DNA from: Candidatus Parcubacteria bacterium
Lineage (GTDB): Bacteria > Patescibacteriota > Minisyncoccia > UBA6257 > HR35
DNA length: 64,000 nt
Assembly (NCBI GenBank): GCA_026004535.1
Contig: BPJI01000001.1
Coordinates: forward strand, 324,523-388,522
Direction: 5' to 3'
Under the pieces are notes generated by a model. That model ran no database searches, was not told the DNA's origin, and was given only the letters and a program-made list of their open reading frames with translations. Position numbers and translations under genes: made by a program. This document shows positions 9,866 to 20,006 of this stretch, piece by piece. Each line of letters begins with the position of its first letter. Position 1 is the stretch's first letter.

Positions 9866-12454
9866 ATGAACAAAAAAATACTTTTATTTACTTTAGTTTT
9901 AGGAGGTTTATTGCTCAGTTTTTTCTTTCTCTCTTTCTTTAAATCTACTTCTGCTCAAGTTTGTCTTCCTCTTAATGGTTATCTTGTTTGGCCAGGAACA
10001 TGGGAATCAGGCAGAATTCCTATGGCTTCAACACAACAATATACCTTATCAAGCTCTCCTTTTTATGTTTCTGGCAATAATGTTGGTTTAGGAACAACCA
10101 ATCCTGTCTATACTTTTCAAGTTAATGGAGATATTTCAGGAACAAGACTTTGTATTGGTAGTGATTGTCGTAATGTTTGGCCTGGTGGAGGAATTGCTGG
10201 TTCTGGTTCAGCTGGTCAAGTAGCTTTTTGGACAGGAACATCAAATATTTCAGGTGACAATGCTCTTTTTTGGGACAATATTAATAAAAGATTAGGAATT
10301 GGAACAATATCACCTCAGACATCTTTGCATGTTGCTGGTAATATCACTGCTAATACTTTTTTAGGTACAATCAATGCAGCTAATATTTCTTCAGGACAAT
10401 TTGGAGCAAATACAGGTGGAGGGAATTATAGTTTTCCTGGCAACGTCGGCATCGGGACGACGAATCCGACTGGAAAGCTACACGTCTATAATGGAAGTAC
10501 AGAATTAATGAAAGTTGTATCTGATGTGGATGTAGTTGGCATCGTGGTAGGACCAGCTATTGGTGGAAGACATTTAATAATTAATGATATTGCTCAAGCA
10601 AGATGGGCATTTGCAACTGGATATTATGATTTATCTATTCAAAATGATTATGGTGGAAGTTGGAATACTAGAATGATAATAACAGAAGACGGCAACGTCG
10701 GCATCGGGACGACGGCGCCCGGGGCGAAGTTGGATGTTGCTGGAAATATAAGCATTAGTGGTGTAGCTGATCTGGGTTTGGATGCAGGTGATGTAGCTGG
10801 CATAGTACCTTGGTATAGAGATATTTTTGCTTTCAAGACCCCAACTAACTTTGAATATTGGGATGGCACATCGTGGGTAGCATTTACTCCTACAAATCCT
10901 CAAGGAATGACTGCATGGGGAGCTGGATCTACAATCATACCGGCAGCAAATAAAGATAAGTTCAGGTTTATAATAGATACTGGTAATAGCGTTGGGTTAA
11001 GGGCAAACTTTCTTGTAGTTAGGGCTAGTGATTGTTGCCCGGGAAGTACTTATAAGGTTGAAGTTGAAGGTAGTAACGATCTAAGCACATGGAGTGGTGT
11101 TTTAACAAGTGGAAGCGGTTTTATGGGAGGCGCTCCAGACGCCCCAACAGTAATACCATTTTCAGGGGGCAACTATAGATATGCTAGGATAACCTTTACC
11201 AAACTTTCAGGTACAAGCACAAATGCATTTAGTATTTATGAATTGCATTTATTTAACAATTGGTCACCAGCTTATGCCAATCTTCCAATAAAATGGGATA
11301 CTAATGGCAACGTCGGCATCGGGACGACGGCGCCTTCTTATAAATTACATGTTCAAGGGGGAGATATTTATGCTTCCTCTTATGTAATAGGAGGGTTAGG
11401 ATTATGTATTGGGTATGATTGTCGAACTTCATGGCCACAAGGATTAACTGGAAGTGGAAGCTCTAACGCAATTGCTGTTTGGACAGGAAGTACAAGTTTG
11501 GGATCATCTATTATTTCTCAATCAGCTGGTAGTGTTAATATAGGTGGATCACTTAGTGTTTCAGGTTCTATTTCAGGTAACAGCGTTAGTGTTTCAGGTT
11601 CTGTTTCAGGTAACAGTGTTAGTGGTAATACATTATGTATTGGGTCTGATTGTCGAACTTCATGGCCACAAGGATTAACTGGGGGTGGAAGCTCTAACGC
11701 AATTGCTGTTTGGACAGGAAGTACAAGTTTGGGATCATCTATTATTTCTCAATCAGCTGGTAGTGTTAATATAGGTGGATCACTTAGTGTTTCAGGTAGT
11801 GGTATTTATACTTCAGGATCTGTTAGTGCATCGGGCGCTGTTAGTGGCAGTATGTTATGTATTGGGTCTGATTGTCGAACTTCATGGCCATCAGGATCAG
11901 GAGGATTAACTGGAAGTGGAAGCTCTACTGCAATTGCTGTTTGGACAGGAAGTACAAGTTTGGGATCATCTATTATTTCTCAATCAGCTGGTAGTGTTAA
12001 TATAGGTGGATCACTTAGTGTTTCAGGTTCTATTTCAGGTAACAGCGTTAGTGTTTCAGGTTCTGTTTCAGGTAACAGTGTTAGTGGTAATACATTATGT
12101 ATTGGGTCTGATTGTCGAACTTCATGGCCATCAGGATCAGGAGGATTAACTGGAAGTGGAAGCTCTAGTGCAATTGCTGTTTGGACAGGAAGTACAAGTT
12201 TGGGATCATCTATTATTTCTCAATCAGCTGGTAGTGTTAATATAAATGGGTCCCTTAGTGTTTCAAATTCTATTTCAGGTGGATCTATATGTATTGGATC
12301 TTCTTGCCGAAGTTCATGGCCCGTAGGATGTAGTTGGCAGGGTGTTAGTTGTAGTAATTATATTTATTTTAGTAACGGCAACGCTAGAGTGTGTATAGAG
12401 TGTCTTAATGGTGTTGTTACTAGTTTTTATATGGAGGGGGGAAGTCTGCCGTAG
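9866..12454 (+). CDS. secreted fibre/adhesin-like protein with GNVGIG modules and Ser/Gly-rich CIGSDCR repeats
   Basis: First ~188 aa identical to the 6832 product; then unrelated modules and ~80-aa repeats. Confidence 0.85.
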   Translation: MNKKILLFTLVLGGLLLSFFFLSFFKSTSAQVCLPLNGYLVWPGTWESGRIPMASTQQYTLSSSPFYVSGNNVGLGTTNPVYTFQVNGDISGTRLCIGSDCRNVWPGGGIAGSGSAGQVAFWTGTSNISGDNALFWDNINKRLGIGTISPQTSLHVAGNITANTFLGTINAANISSGQFGANTGGGNYSFPGNVGIGTTNPTGKLHVYNGSTELMKVVSDVDVVGIVVGPAIGGRHLIINDIAQARWAFATGYYDLSIQNDYGGSWNTRMIITEDGNVGIGTTAPGAKLDVAGNISISGVADLGLDAGDVAGIVPWYRDIFAFKTPTNFEYWDGTSWVAFTPTNPQGMTAWGAGSTIIPAANKDKFRFIIDTGNSVGLRANFLVVRASDCCPGSTYKVEVEGSNDLSTWSGVLTSGSGFMGGAPDAPTVIPFSGGNYRYARITFTKLSGTSTNAFSIYELHLFNNWSPAYANLPIKWDTNGNVGIGTTAPSYKLHVQGGDIYASSYVIGGLGLCIGYDCRTSWPQGLTGSGSSNAIAVWTGSTSLGSSIISQSAGSVNIGGSLSVSGSISGNSVSVSGSVSGNSVSGNTLCIGSDCRTSWPQGLTGGGSSNAIAVWTGSTSLGSSIISQSAGSVNIGGSLSVSGSGIYTSGSVSASGAVSGSMLCIGSDCRTSWPSGSGGLTGSGSSTAIAVWTGSTSLGSSIISQSAGSVNIGGSLSVSGSISGNSVSVSGSVSGNSVSGNTLCIGSDCRTSWPSGSGGLTGSGSSSAIAVWTGSTSLGSSIISQSAGSVNINGSLSVSNSISGGSICIGSSCRSSWPVGCSWQGVSCSNYIYFSNGNARVCIECLNGVVTSFYMEGGSLP
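11401..12320 (+). repeat. ~230-250 bp coding repeats (about 4 copies)
   Basis: Repeated ttatgtattgggtctgattgtcgaacttcatggcca...ggaagtacaagtttgggatcatctattatttctcaatcagct. Confidence 0.9.
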
Positions 12455-12606
12455 GATGTAATTGGTATGGTGATCTGTGTAGTGTTGATCTTCATATTGA
12501 TACTAATCCTAATGGTCCCGGTGGTGGTTTTAATATTAGAACATGTTTAGTTTGTAACCTTGGTCAAATTACGGATATTTTTATGGAGGGGGGAAGTGAA
12601 AATTAA
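12448..12606 (+). other. out-of-frame second copy of the Cys-rich C-terminal module
   Basis: AVGCNWYGDLCSVDL...RTCLVCNLGQITDIFMEGGSEN*, paralogous to the final VGCSWQG...FYMEGGS of 9866. Confidence 0.75.
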
Positions 12607-12862
12607 TATTTAAATAAATTATTAAAATCATAAAAAATTTATATTTATAAAAAATCGCGATCTTTCTTTATTGTTTATAAGTTTCAAAAAATTTTAAAAC
12701 AGCAATTTAATTAATTCTTTTTTATAAGATAAATTTTAATATTTTATTGTGATTTTTAAACAAATTTTCGGATTATTGGTTTTGTATATTATAATTATTT
12801 TTGTGAAAAATTTTTATTATTATTTTTTTGTTATTTATTATAATTTTGTTTTTTAGGTTAAA

Positions 12863-13297
12863 ATGAAAGCTTTTACTTTAACCGAAGTTTTAATTGTTTT
12901 TATTATTATTGGTTTTATTATTGGTTTTTCTTCTTATATTCATTCAAAATTTTCTCGAAGCACCTTAATAATTGATGAATCAGCCAGTTTAGTTGTTAAT
13001 GTTTTAAATTTAGCCAGACAGAAAGCAATTATTGGTGAAGAAAATGCTAATTGGGGAGTTTGGTTGATTAATACTTCAACTCAAGATTATTTTTATTTAT
13101 TTAGAGGAACAACGAGTAATTTAAAAGAAAGATATGAACTGCCTCAACAAGTGAGTTTTTTTGATTTTAGTGATAGGACAATAATTTTTCAAAAATTAAC
13201 AGGTGAAACAATCTCAACCACAATTAAGATTGGCTTTTCGCCAAGTTTTTATAAATTAATTAGGGTTTCAACTTCGGGGAGTATTATTGTTGAATAA
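12863..13297 (+). CDS. type IV pilin-like (FimT/GspH-like) protein
   Basis: Prepilin N-terminus KAFTLTEVLIV followed by hydrophobic helix. Confidence 0.85.
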   Translation: MKAFTLTEVLIVFIIIGFIIGFSSYIHSKFSRSTLIIDESASLVVNVLNLARQKAIIGEENANWGVWLINTSTQDYFYLFRGTTSNLKERYELPQQVSFFDFSDRTIIFQKLTGETISTTIKIGFSPSFYKLIRVSTSGSIIVE

Positions 13298-13641
13298 ATC
13301 GCTGAGAGCATTATTTTACCCGGATAAATACCGGATTATTTTACCCGGATAACCAACCGGATAATGTTTACCCGGATGAATACCGGATATTAAAATATCT
13401 ACCCGGATAGTCAACCTGATAGATCACCCGGATTATTACTGTATAAATCTGGTTTAAATCCGGGTAGTTATATCAGGTTAATATCCGGGGGATTATATCT
13501 GATTTAAATCCAGGTAACTTATCCGGTCATAATCCGGGTATTTGTATCCGCTTTGGATCAGGGTAGCTTATCCGGTTTAAATCCGGGTGCTATTATCCGG
13601 TTAATATCCGGGTAATTATATTTTCTCCTGCTGTCCGCGGT
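13298..13641. repeat. mirror-symmetric ACC(C)GGAT / ATCC(G)GGT array A
   Basis: About 11 forward units then about 15 inverted units; ends ATATTTTCTCCTGCTGTCCGCGGT. Confidence 0.9.
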
Positions 13642-13671
13642 GAATAATTCTTCCGTGTTATAATTTTAATT

Positions 13672-14307
13672 ATGTTTTATTTACAAAAGGTTTCCCAATT
13701 TTTGCAATATGACATTTATTTTTTTATTTCTCTTTTCTTTTTAGTTATCACCACAATTTTAAAATTTAAGACGTACGACGTCTTAAAATTGATTAGGATA
13801 TTGATGGTAGTAACGATTTTAGTCTTTATTTTATGGTCAGGCTTTTTAAGTTATAAACAATATTTGGTTTGGAAAGATCACCCTTTATCTAAATATCTTT
13901 TGCCCCCTTATCAAGAAATAAATTATTATCTAAATTATGCCTATTTTCATTTTTGGCGAGATTTTTTTTATCGTTTAATTGGTGTTTTGATTATTTTTTT
14001 ACTGATGAAATTTATAAGTTTTGTTTTTAAAAGAGATGTTTTTTATGAAGAAGAAAAAATTTTTGTTCCTTATCTTTCTTTATTTTTCTTTTTTCCTTAC
14101 AATCTAATGTTTTTCTTTTTAGGCCTTTTTATGTTAAACTTAATAATAGTAATTTCAGCTTTCAGGGGTCAGGGATCAGGTGTCAAGTTTCAGGTGTCAG
14201 AGACGAGGTTTTCTTTTAAAGATTATTGGATTTGGCTGGCTTGGTTGATATTAATTCTAGCACCACTAATTTTTAATAATTATAAGTTTTTACAATATAA
14301 ACCTTAA
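13672..14307 (+). CDS. multi-pass membrane protein in the pilus cluster
   Basis: Hydrophobic helices; W..HPLSKYLLPP motif; stop overlaps the pilB start. Confidence 0.7.
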   Translation: MFYLQKVSQFLQYDIYFFISLFFLVITTILKFKTYDVLKLIRILMVVTILVFILWSGFLSYKQYLVWKDHPLSKYLLPPYQEINYYLNYAYFHFWRDFFYRLIGVLIIFLLMKFISFVFKRDVFYEEEKIFVPYLSLFFFFPYNLMFFFLGLFMLNLIIVISAFRGQGSGVKFQVSETRFSFKDYWIWLAWLILILAPLIFNNYKFLQYKP

Positions 14308-16004
14308 TGATTTTACCAGAAGAGGAAATAAAAAATATTTTAATAAAAAGAGGGTTGATTGATGAAACTGTTTGGGAAGAAGCAAAAAAAGATGCCGAGA
14401 AATTAAATTTAACGACTATTGAAATTCTAATTAATCGTAAGATCATTGACCTAGAATTTTTTTACAACGTTTTAGCCGAAGAACTAAAAGTCCAACGAGC
14501 TCCACTTAAAGGAGTAAATATTCAGCCATCTGTTTTAGCTTTGGTTCCTGAGAAGATTGCCTTTGAAAAAAAACTAATCCCTTTCGCTTTAGAGAATAAT
14601 ATTTTAAAAGTTGCTATGGTGAATCCTCTTGATATCGAGACAATTAATATTTTAGAGGAAATCGCTAGTCATCAAATAGAGCCTTATCTAGCCACACCTC
14701 AAGAAATCCAATATGCTCTAGTTAATTATCAAAAACTCTATAAGGAAGAATATGAAAGATTGCTTAAGTCAGAAATTCCTCAGGTTACTACTTTAGCAAC
14801 TGAAACCAATGTTGTTCGTTTAGTTGATAATATTTTGGGTTACGCAATTAGTACTAATGCTTCAGATATTCATATTGAAGCCTTGGAAGAAGAAACTCTA
14901 ATTCGTTTTCGAATTGATGGTATTTTAAGAGAGATGATGAAATTGCCTAAAAGTTTGTTAGATCCGATTATTGCTAGAATTAAGGTTTTAAGTAATTTGC
15001 CTTTAGATGAACATTTTCGACCTTTAGATGGAAGATTTAAAGCTAAGGTTGGTGATTTTGAATTTGATATGAGGGTAGCAATTATGCCAACAATTTATGG
15101 CGAGAAGGCTGTTTTAAGGGTTTTGGCTGGGGCAATCAAGCCAACATCTTTAGAAGAATTGGGGGTAAATGAAGAAATTGAAAAAATAATTATGGCAGCA
15201 ATCAGAAAAACTTTCGGGATGATTTTGGTTACTGGTCCGACCGGAAGTGGTAAAACAACAACTTTATATACTATTATCAATATCTTAAATAATCCAGGAG
15301 TTAATATAGTTACGATTGAAGATCCAGTTGAATACGCCATTCCAAGAGTTAATCAAACCCAGGTTAATTTAAAAGTTGATTTGAATTTTGCCACTGCTTT
15401 AAGAGCATTTTTAAGGCAGGACCCAGATATTATAATGGTTGGCGAAATTAGAGATAATGAAACTGCTGAAGTTGCGGCTAATGCTGCTCTAACTGGTCAT
15501 TTGGTTCTTTCGACTTTGCACACCAATGATGCACCAACTGCTGTCCCGAGATTGGTTGAATTAGGGGTACTTCCTTATTTAGTTGCTGATAGTGTTATTT
15601 TGACAATGGCTCAAAGATTAGTCAGAAAAATTTGTCTTAATTGCATAGTTTCTGAAGAAATAACTCCAGCTCAAAAGCAAATAATTTTAGAGCAATTAAG
15701 ATACTTAAAAATTCCTGAAGAAGAAATTAGAGCTTACGAAGAAAGATTGCCCCAGTTTATTTATCGAGGCAAGGGTTGTTCAATTTGTGGCAATACTGGT
15801 TATGTAGGTCGAACTGGTATATTTGAAGCAATGATGATGAACGATGAATTAAAATATATGATTGCCAGCAGAGAATTAAATTCAGAAAAAATAAAACAAA
15901 TTGCCAGAAAGTCTGGTTATCGAACAATGTTTGAAGATGCTTTAGATAAAATTTCTGTCGGTATAACAACAATTGAGGAAGCATTAAGAGTTATTAGGGA
16001 ATAA
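14307..16004 (+). CDS. pilB: type IV pilus/T2SS assembly ATPase (PilB/GspE)
   Basis: ASDIHIE, GPTGSGKTTT, TIEDPVE, LRQDPDIIMVGEIRD, CxxC pairs. Confidence 0.95.
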   Translation: MILPEEEIKNILIKRGLIDETVWEEAKKDAEKLNLTTIEILINRKIIDLEFFYNVLAEELKVQRAPLKGVNIQPSVLALVPEKIAFEKKLIPFALENNILKVAMVNPLDIETINILEEIASHQIEPYLATPQEIQYALVNYQKLYKEEYERLLKSEIPQVTTLATETNVVRLVDNILGYAISTNASDIHIEALEEETLIRFRIDGILREMMKLPKSLLDPIIARIKVLSNLPLDEHFRPLDGRFKAKVGDFEFDMRVAIMPTIYGEKAVLRVLAGAIKPTSLEELGVNEEIEKIIMAAIRKTFGMILVTGPTGSGKTTTLYTIINILNNPGVNIVTIEDPVEYAIPRVNQTQVNLKVDLNFATALRAFLRQDPDIIMVGEIRDNETAEVAANAALTGHLVLSTLHTNDAPTAVPRLVELGVLPYLVADSVILTMAQRLVRKICLNCIVSEEITPAQKQIILEQLRYLKIPEEEIRAYEERLPQFIYRGKGCSICGNTGYVGRTGIFEAMMMNDELKYMIASRELNSEKIKQIARKSGYRTMFEDALDKISVGITTIEEALRVIRE

Positions 16005-16013
16005 GAGATTAAA

Positions 16014-17261
16014 ATGACTGTTTATCATTATAAAGCTTATGATTATAAAGGTAAGTTACATACTGGTAATTTATTTGTTCCATCCGAAGAAGAAGCAATT
16101 GCTTTTTTGCTGAGAAATAATTTGACACCAATTGAAGTTAAATTAGTGCCACAAAGTCTGTTTAGGCAGTTTTTATTAAAATTATTTTTTCGTATAACTT
16201 TTTCTCAAAAATTATATTTACTCAGAAGCTTATATTTAATTTTAAAATCAGGGCTTACCTTAGATAAGGGTTTAGAGGTTTTAATCAGAGAAGCAAAGGG
16301 TGGAGTCAAAGATTTTCTTTTTTATTTAGATTACAATTTGCAAAGAGGTGAGCCAGTTTATCGAACTTTTGCTGCTTTCCCTCAATTTTTTTCTCAAGTT
16401 GAAGTTGAGACGATTAGGGCTGGTGAGATTTCTGGTAATTTAGTTGGTAACTTAGAGAAATTGGCCGAAAATTTAGAAAGGCAAAGAGAGATTAAAAATG
16501 AAATAATTTCTAATATTATCTATCCAGCCATTGTTTTGGGTTTAGCTTTTGGTGTTATTATTCTTTTGATCACCTTTGTTATGCCACGAATTAGTGTTTT
16601 ACTTACTCAATTAACATCAAAACCTCCTTTGCTTACCCGCATTTTAATTGGCGCCAGTACCTTTGTTAATAATAATCTTTCTTTAGTTACTACAATATTG
16701 ATTTTAATTATTTTGACTTTTATTTTTGTGGTTTCGCTCAAAAAAACTCGAAAAATATTATTTAAATTTTTAATAAGACTTCCGGTTCTATCTAATCTTT
16801 ATTATGCCTTAGCTTTGAGTCAATCATTTTTTATTTTAAGATCTTTATTGAGTTCTGGTTTAAATCTAACTCAATCTTTAAAATTGGCTGCTGATGCTAG
16901 TTTTCATCCATATATTCGCGAAAGTTTTTATGATGTTGAAAAAGAATTAAGGGCAGGGAAAAAATTAGGTGATGCCCTTTTGTTACAGGAAAAAATTCCT
17001 GTTTTTGTCAGTAGTATTTTAAGTGTTGCTTCAGAAGCTGGATTTTTGGAAGAAACATTAAGAATAATGGAAAATTATTATCTAGAAGAATTTCGAGCAA
17101 CAGTTAGAAACTTTTTGAATTTACTTCAGCCAGCACTTTTAATTTTTGTCGGCGGTATTGTTGGTTTTGTGGCGATTGCTGTTTTGGTTCCTATTTATCA
17201 ACAAATTTCTCAACAGCTTCAGTTTCAAGAAGGTCGCGGTCAAATACCCGGAGAATTATAA
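16014..17261 (+). CDS. pilC: type IV pilus inner-membrane platform protein (PilC/GspF)
   Basis: AGE.SGNL, YPAIV, LLQPALL motifs; follows pilB. Confidence 0.9.
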   Translation: MTVYHYKAYDYKGKLHTGNLFVPSEEEAIAFLLRNNLTPIEVKLVPQSLFRQFLLKLFFRITFSQKLYLLRSLYLILKSGLTLDKGLEVLIREAKGGVKDFLFYLDYNLQRGEPVYRTFAAFPQFFSQVEVETIRAGEISGNLVGNLEKLAENLERQREIKNEIISNIIYPAIVLGLAFGVIILLITFVMPRISVLLTQLTSKPPLLTRILIGASTFVNNNLSLVTTILILIILTFIFVVSLKKTRKILFKFLIRLPVLSNLYYALALSQSFFILRSLLSSGLNLTQSLKLAADASFHPYIRESFYDVEKELRAGKKLGDALLLQEKIPVFVSSILSVASEAGFLEETLRIMENYYLEEFRATVRNFLNLLQPALLIFVGGIVGFVAIAVLVPIYQQISQQLQFQEGRGQIPGEL

Positions 17262-18670
17262 TGAATTTTTATCCTGAAAAAGTTCCAGCCAAAACTAATA
17301 TTGATTTTTTTATCAATAATTTTTCTAAATTTTTAAAAAATAAAAAAAGGGTTTGGCTAATTGGTCGAATAATGGCTGTCCGTGAGCATGGAAAAATAAC
17401 TTTCTTAAAACTTCAGGATTTTTATGGTTCAATTCAGATTATTTTAAAAGAAAATGCCGTTAAAGATTATCAAGGGTTTTTGGATTTAGTTAAAATTGGC
17501 GATTTTTTTGCCTTTTATGGTTACGCTTTTTTGCCTCGGACTAAAGAGAAAAGTTTGTTAGCGGAAAAGTGGCTTTTAGCAGCAAAATCAATTAAAAATT
17601 TTCCTAAAGAATACTACAAAGTCAGAGACGAAGAACTTTTGGTGCGCGAACCATATTTAAAAACAATTTTTTATCCTGAAGAAAAAGAAACTTTTTATTT
17701 AAGATTTAAATTGATTGAGGAATTAAGAAAAATTTTATGGAGCGAAGGATTTTTAGAAGTTGAAACTCCAATTTTACAAACTCATTATGGTGGTGCTTTG
17801 GCTCGTCCGTTTGTGACTTATTTAGAGGCAATGAAAGAGCCATTGTATTTAAGAATTGCTCCAGAGATTTATTTGAAGAAAATGTTAGTTGGTGGTTTTG
17901 AGAAAATTTTTGAAATTGGCAAAGATTTCAGAAATGAAGGGATCGATAAAGAACATAATCCTGAATTTACAATGATGGAACTTTATTGGGCTTATCAAGA
18001 TAGGGAAGGCTTGATGAAGTTTACTGAAAGAATTATTAAAGAGCTAGTGAAAAGATATAAAAGTTTAAAAGGTGAAAAGGGTTTGAAAATTATTTTTCAA
18101 GATAAAGTAATTGATTTGAGTAAAAAATGGCAAGCTTATAAATACATTGAGCTTTTAAAAAAGGAAACTGGTTTAGATTATTTTGGAAATAGTTTAGATG
18201 ACTTTTTGAAATTAGCCAAGGAGAAAAATATTGAATTTAATCCCAAAATAATTACTAAAGGTAAAATTGTTGATGAAATTTTTAAGAAATTAATTCGACC
18301 AAAATTAATTCAGCCAACATTTTTAATTGATCATCCTAAAGAGATTTCTCCTTTGGCTAAATCACACCCAGACGATCCGAGGTTGACTTTAAGATTTCAA
18401 ATTTATTTAGCTGGTTTTGAAATTGCTAACGCTTTTGCCGAATTAAATGATCCTGTTGATCAAAAACAAAGATTTGAAGAATCAGTTAAGGAATTAAAAA
18501 AAGGAGATGTTGAAGCTCACCCCTATGATGAGACTTTTATTTCTGCTTTAGAATATGGTATGCCTCCAACTGCTGGTTTAGGCATAGGCATTGACAGACT
18601 TTTGACAATAATTTTAAATAAAAGATCAATTCAGGATATAATCTATTTTCCATTCGTCAAGAGAAAATAA
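17261..18670 (+). CDS. lysS: lysine--tRNA ligase (class II)
   Basis: GGALARPF, LRIAPE.YLK, FRNEGID..HNPEFT, GMPPTAG.GIGIDRL. Confidence 0.97.
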   Translation: MNFYPEKVPAKTNIDFFINNFSKFLKNKKRVWLIGRIMAVREHGKITFLKLQDFYGSIQIILKENAVKDYQGFLDLVKIGDFFAFYGYAFLPRTKEKSLLAEKWLLAAKSIKNFPKEYYKVRDEELLVREPYLKTIFYPEEKETFYLRFKLIEELRKILWSEGFLEVETPILQTHYGGALARPFVTYLEAMKEPLYLRIAPEIYLKKMLVGGFEKIFEIGKDFRNEGIDKEHNPEFTMMELYWAYQDREGLMKFTERIIKELVKRYKSLKGEKGLKIIFQDKVIDLSKKWQAYKYIELLKKETGLDYFGNSLDDFLKLAKEKNIEFNPKIITKGKIVDEIFKKLIRPKLIQPTFLIDHPKEISPLAKSHPDDPRLTLRFQIYLAGFEIANAFAELNDPVDQKQRFEESVKELKKGDVEAHPYDETFISALEYGMPPTAGLGIGIDRLLTIILNKRSIQDIIYFPFVKRK

Positions 18671-18700
18671 AAGTAAAAATTATAATAAAATTAAAATTAG

Positions 18701-19996
18701 ATGATGAAATCAGAGGAGATAAGAAAATTATTTTTAGATTATTTTAAAGCAAGAGGACATAAAATTTTGCCTTCATCGTCATTAATTCCAATTGATGATC
18801 ATTCAGTTTTATTAACTACTGCTGGAATGCAACAGTTTAAAAAATATTATACTCGCGAAAAAGATCCGATTAAAGATTTTGGTACTCAAAGAACAGCAAC
18901 AATTCAAAAATGTTTTCGTACCACCGACATTGAGGAAATTGGTGACGAAACTCATTTAACTTTTTTCGAAATGCTAGGTAATTTTTCTTTTGGTCCTGTT
19001 GGCAAAGATGATCCTCAAAATTTTGGCAGTGATGGTTATTTTAAACGAGCAGCAATCTATTGGGCTTATGAATTTATTAAAAATTTAGATTTGGAAATTG
19101 ATTATGTAACTGTTTTTGGTGGAGAGAGAGATGTACCTTTTGATGAAGAAAGCTATAAGATTTGGAAAGAAGTTGGTTTCTCTGAAGAAAAAATTTTAAA
19201 AAAGGGCAGGGAAGATAATTTTTGGGGGCCAACAGGAGACGAAGGTCCTTGCGGTCCGACAACTGAAATTTATGTGAATAATGTCGAAATTTGGAACTTA
19301 GTTTTTAATGAATATTATCAAGATAAAAATGGAAATTTAAAAAAATTAGAATTTCCTGGAGTTGATACGGGGATGGGATTTGAAAGATTGATGAAAGTTT
19401 CGCAAAATGTACCAACAATTTTTGAAACTGATTTTTTTCAACCGTTAAAAGAAGTTTTGGATCAATTAACAAACAAAGATGATATTCGAAGAAAAAGAAT
19501 AGTTTTAGATCATATTCGGGGGAGTGTTTTTTTGATTGCTGATGGTCTTTATCCCTCAAATTTAGAGAGAGGCTATGTTTTAAGAAGAATTTTAAGAAGA
19601 TTAACTTTGAATTTAAAATTTTTAGATATCAAGATTGAAAAGATTGAAAATATGATTAAAGCAGTTATTGAAAAATATTCTCCTTTTTATCCAGAACTAA
19701 AAAATTATGATAAAATAAAAACAGTAATTTTTGAAGAAATTATAAATTTTGAAAGGACTTTAAACATTGGCTTGAGAGAATTTGAAAAAACAATTAAGGG
19801 AAATGAAAATGATGAAATTTTAGCTGAAAAATTGTTTTTGCTTTATACGTCTTATGGTTTGCCATTAGAAATTAGTAAAGAACTATTAAAAGATAATGGT
19901 CTTGGTTGGACTGAGAAATCTCAGCAAGTTTTTGATGAATTATTTAAAAAACACCAAGAAATATCAAAGGGTAGAATTAGCGAGTTAGCGAGTTAA
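18701..19996 (+). CDS. alaS: alanine--tRNA ligase, catalytic part only (431 aa)
   Basis: AGMQQFK, HLTFFEMLGNFSF, GPCGP.TE, DTGMGFERL, RGYVLRRILRR; no HxxxH editing domain. Confidence 0.92.
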   Translation: MMKSEEIRKLFLDYFKARGHKILPSSSLIPIDDHSVLLTTAGMQQFKKYYTREKDPIKDFGTQRTATIQKCFRTTDIEEIGDETHLTFFEMLGNFSFGPVGKDDPQNFGSDGYFKRAAIYWAYEFIKNLDLEIDYVTVFGGERDVPFDEESYKIWKEVGFSEEKILKKGREDNFWGPTGDEGPCGPTTEIYVNNVEIWNLVFNEYYQDKNGNLKKLEFPGVDTGMGFERLMKVSQNVPTIFETDFFQPLKEVLDQLTNKDDIRRKRIVLDHIRGSVFLIADGLYPSNLERGYVLRRILRRLTLNLKFLDIKIEKIENMIKAVIEKYSPFYPELKNYDKIKTVIFEEIINFERTLNIGLREFEKTIKGNENDEILAEKLFLLYTSYGLPLEISKELLKDNGLGWTEKSQQVFDELFKKHQEISKGRISELAS

Positions 19997-20006
19997 CGAG
20001 TTAATA

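Noticed and set aside
13298-13641. CCGGAT arrays (and others) as CRISPR
   Set aside because: Units are 7-8 bp with few-bp linkers and flip orientation; no 23-47 bp repeats with unique spacers and no cas genes
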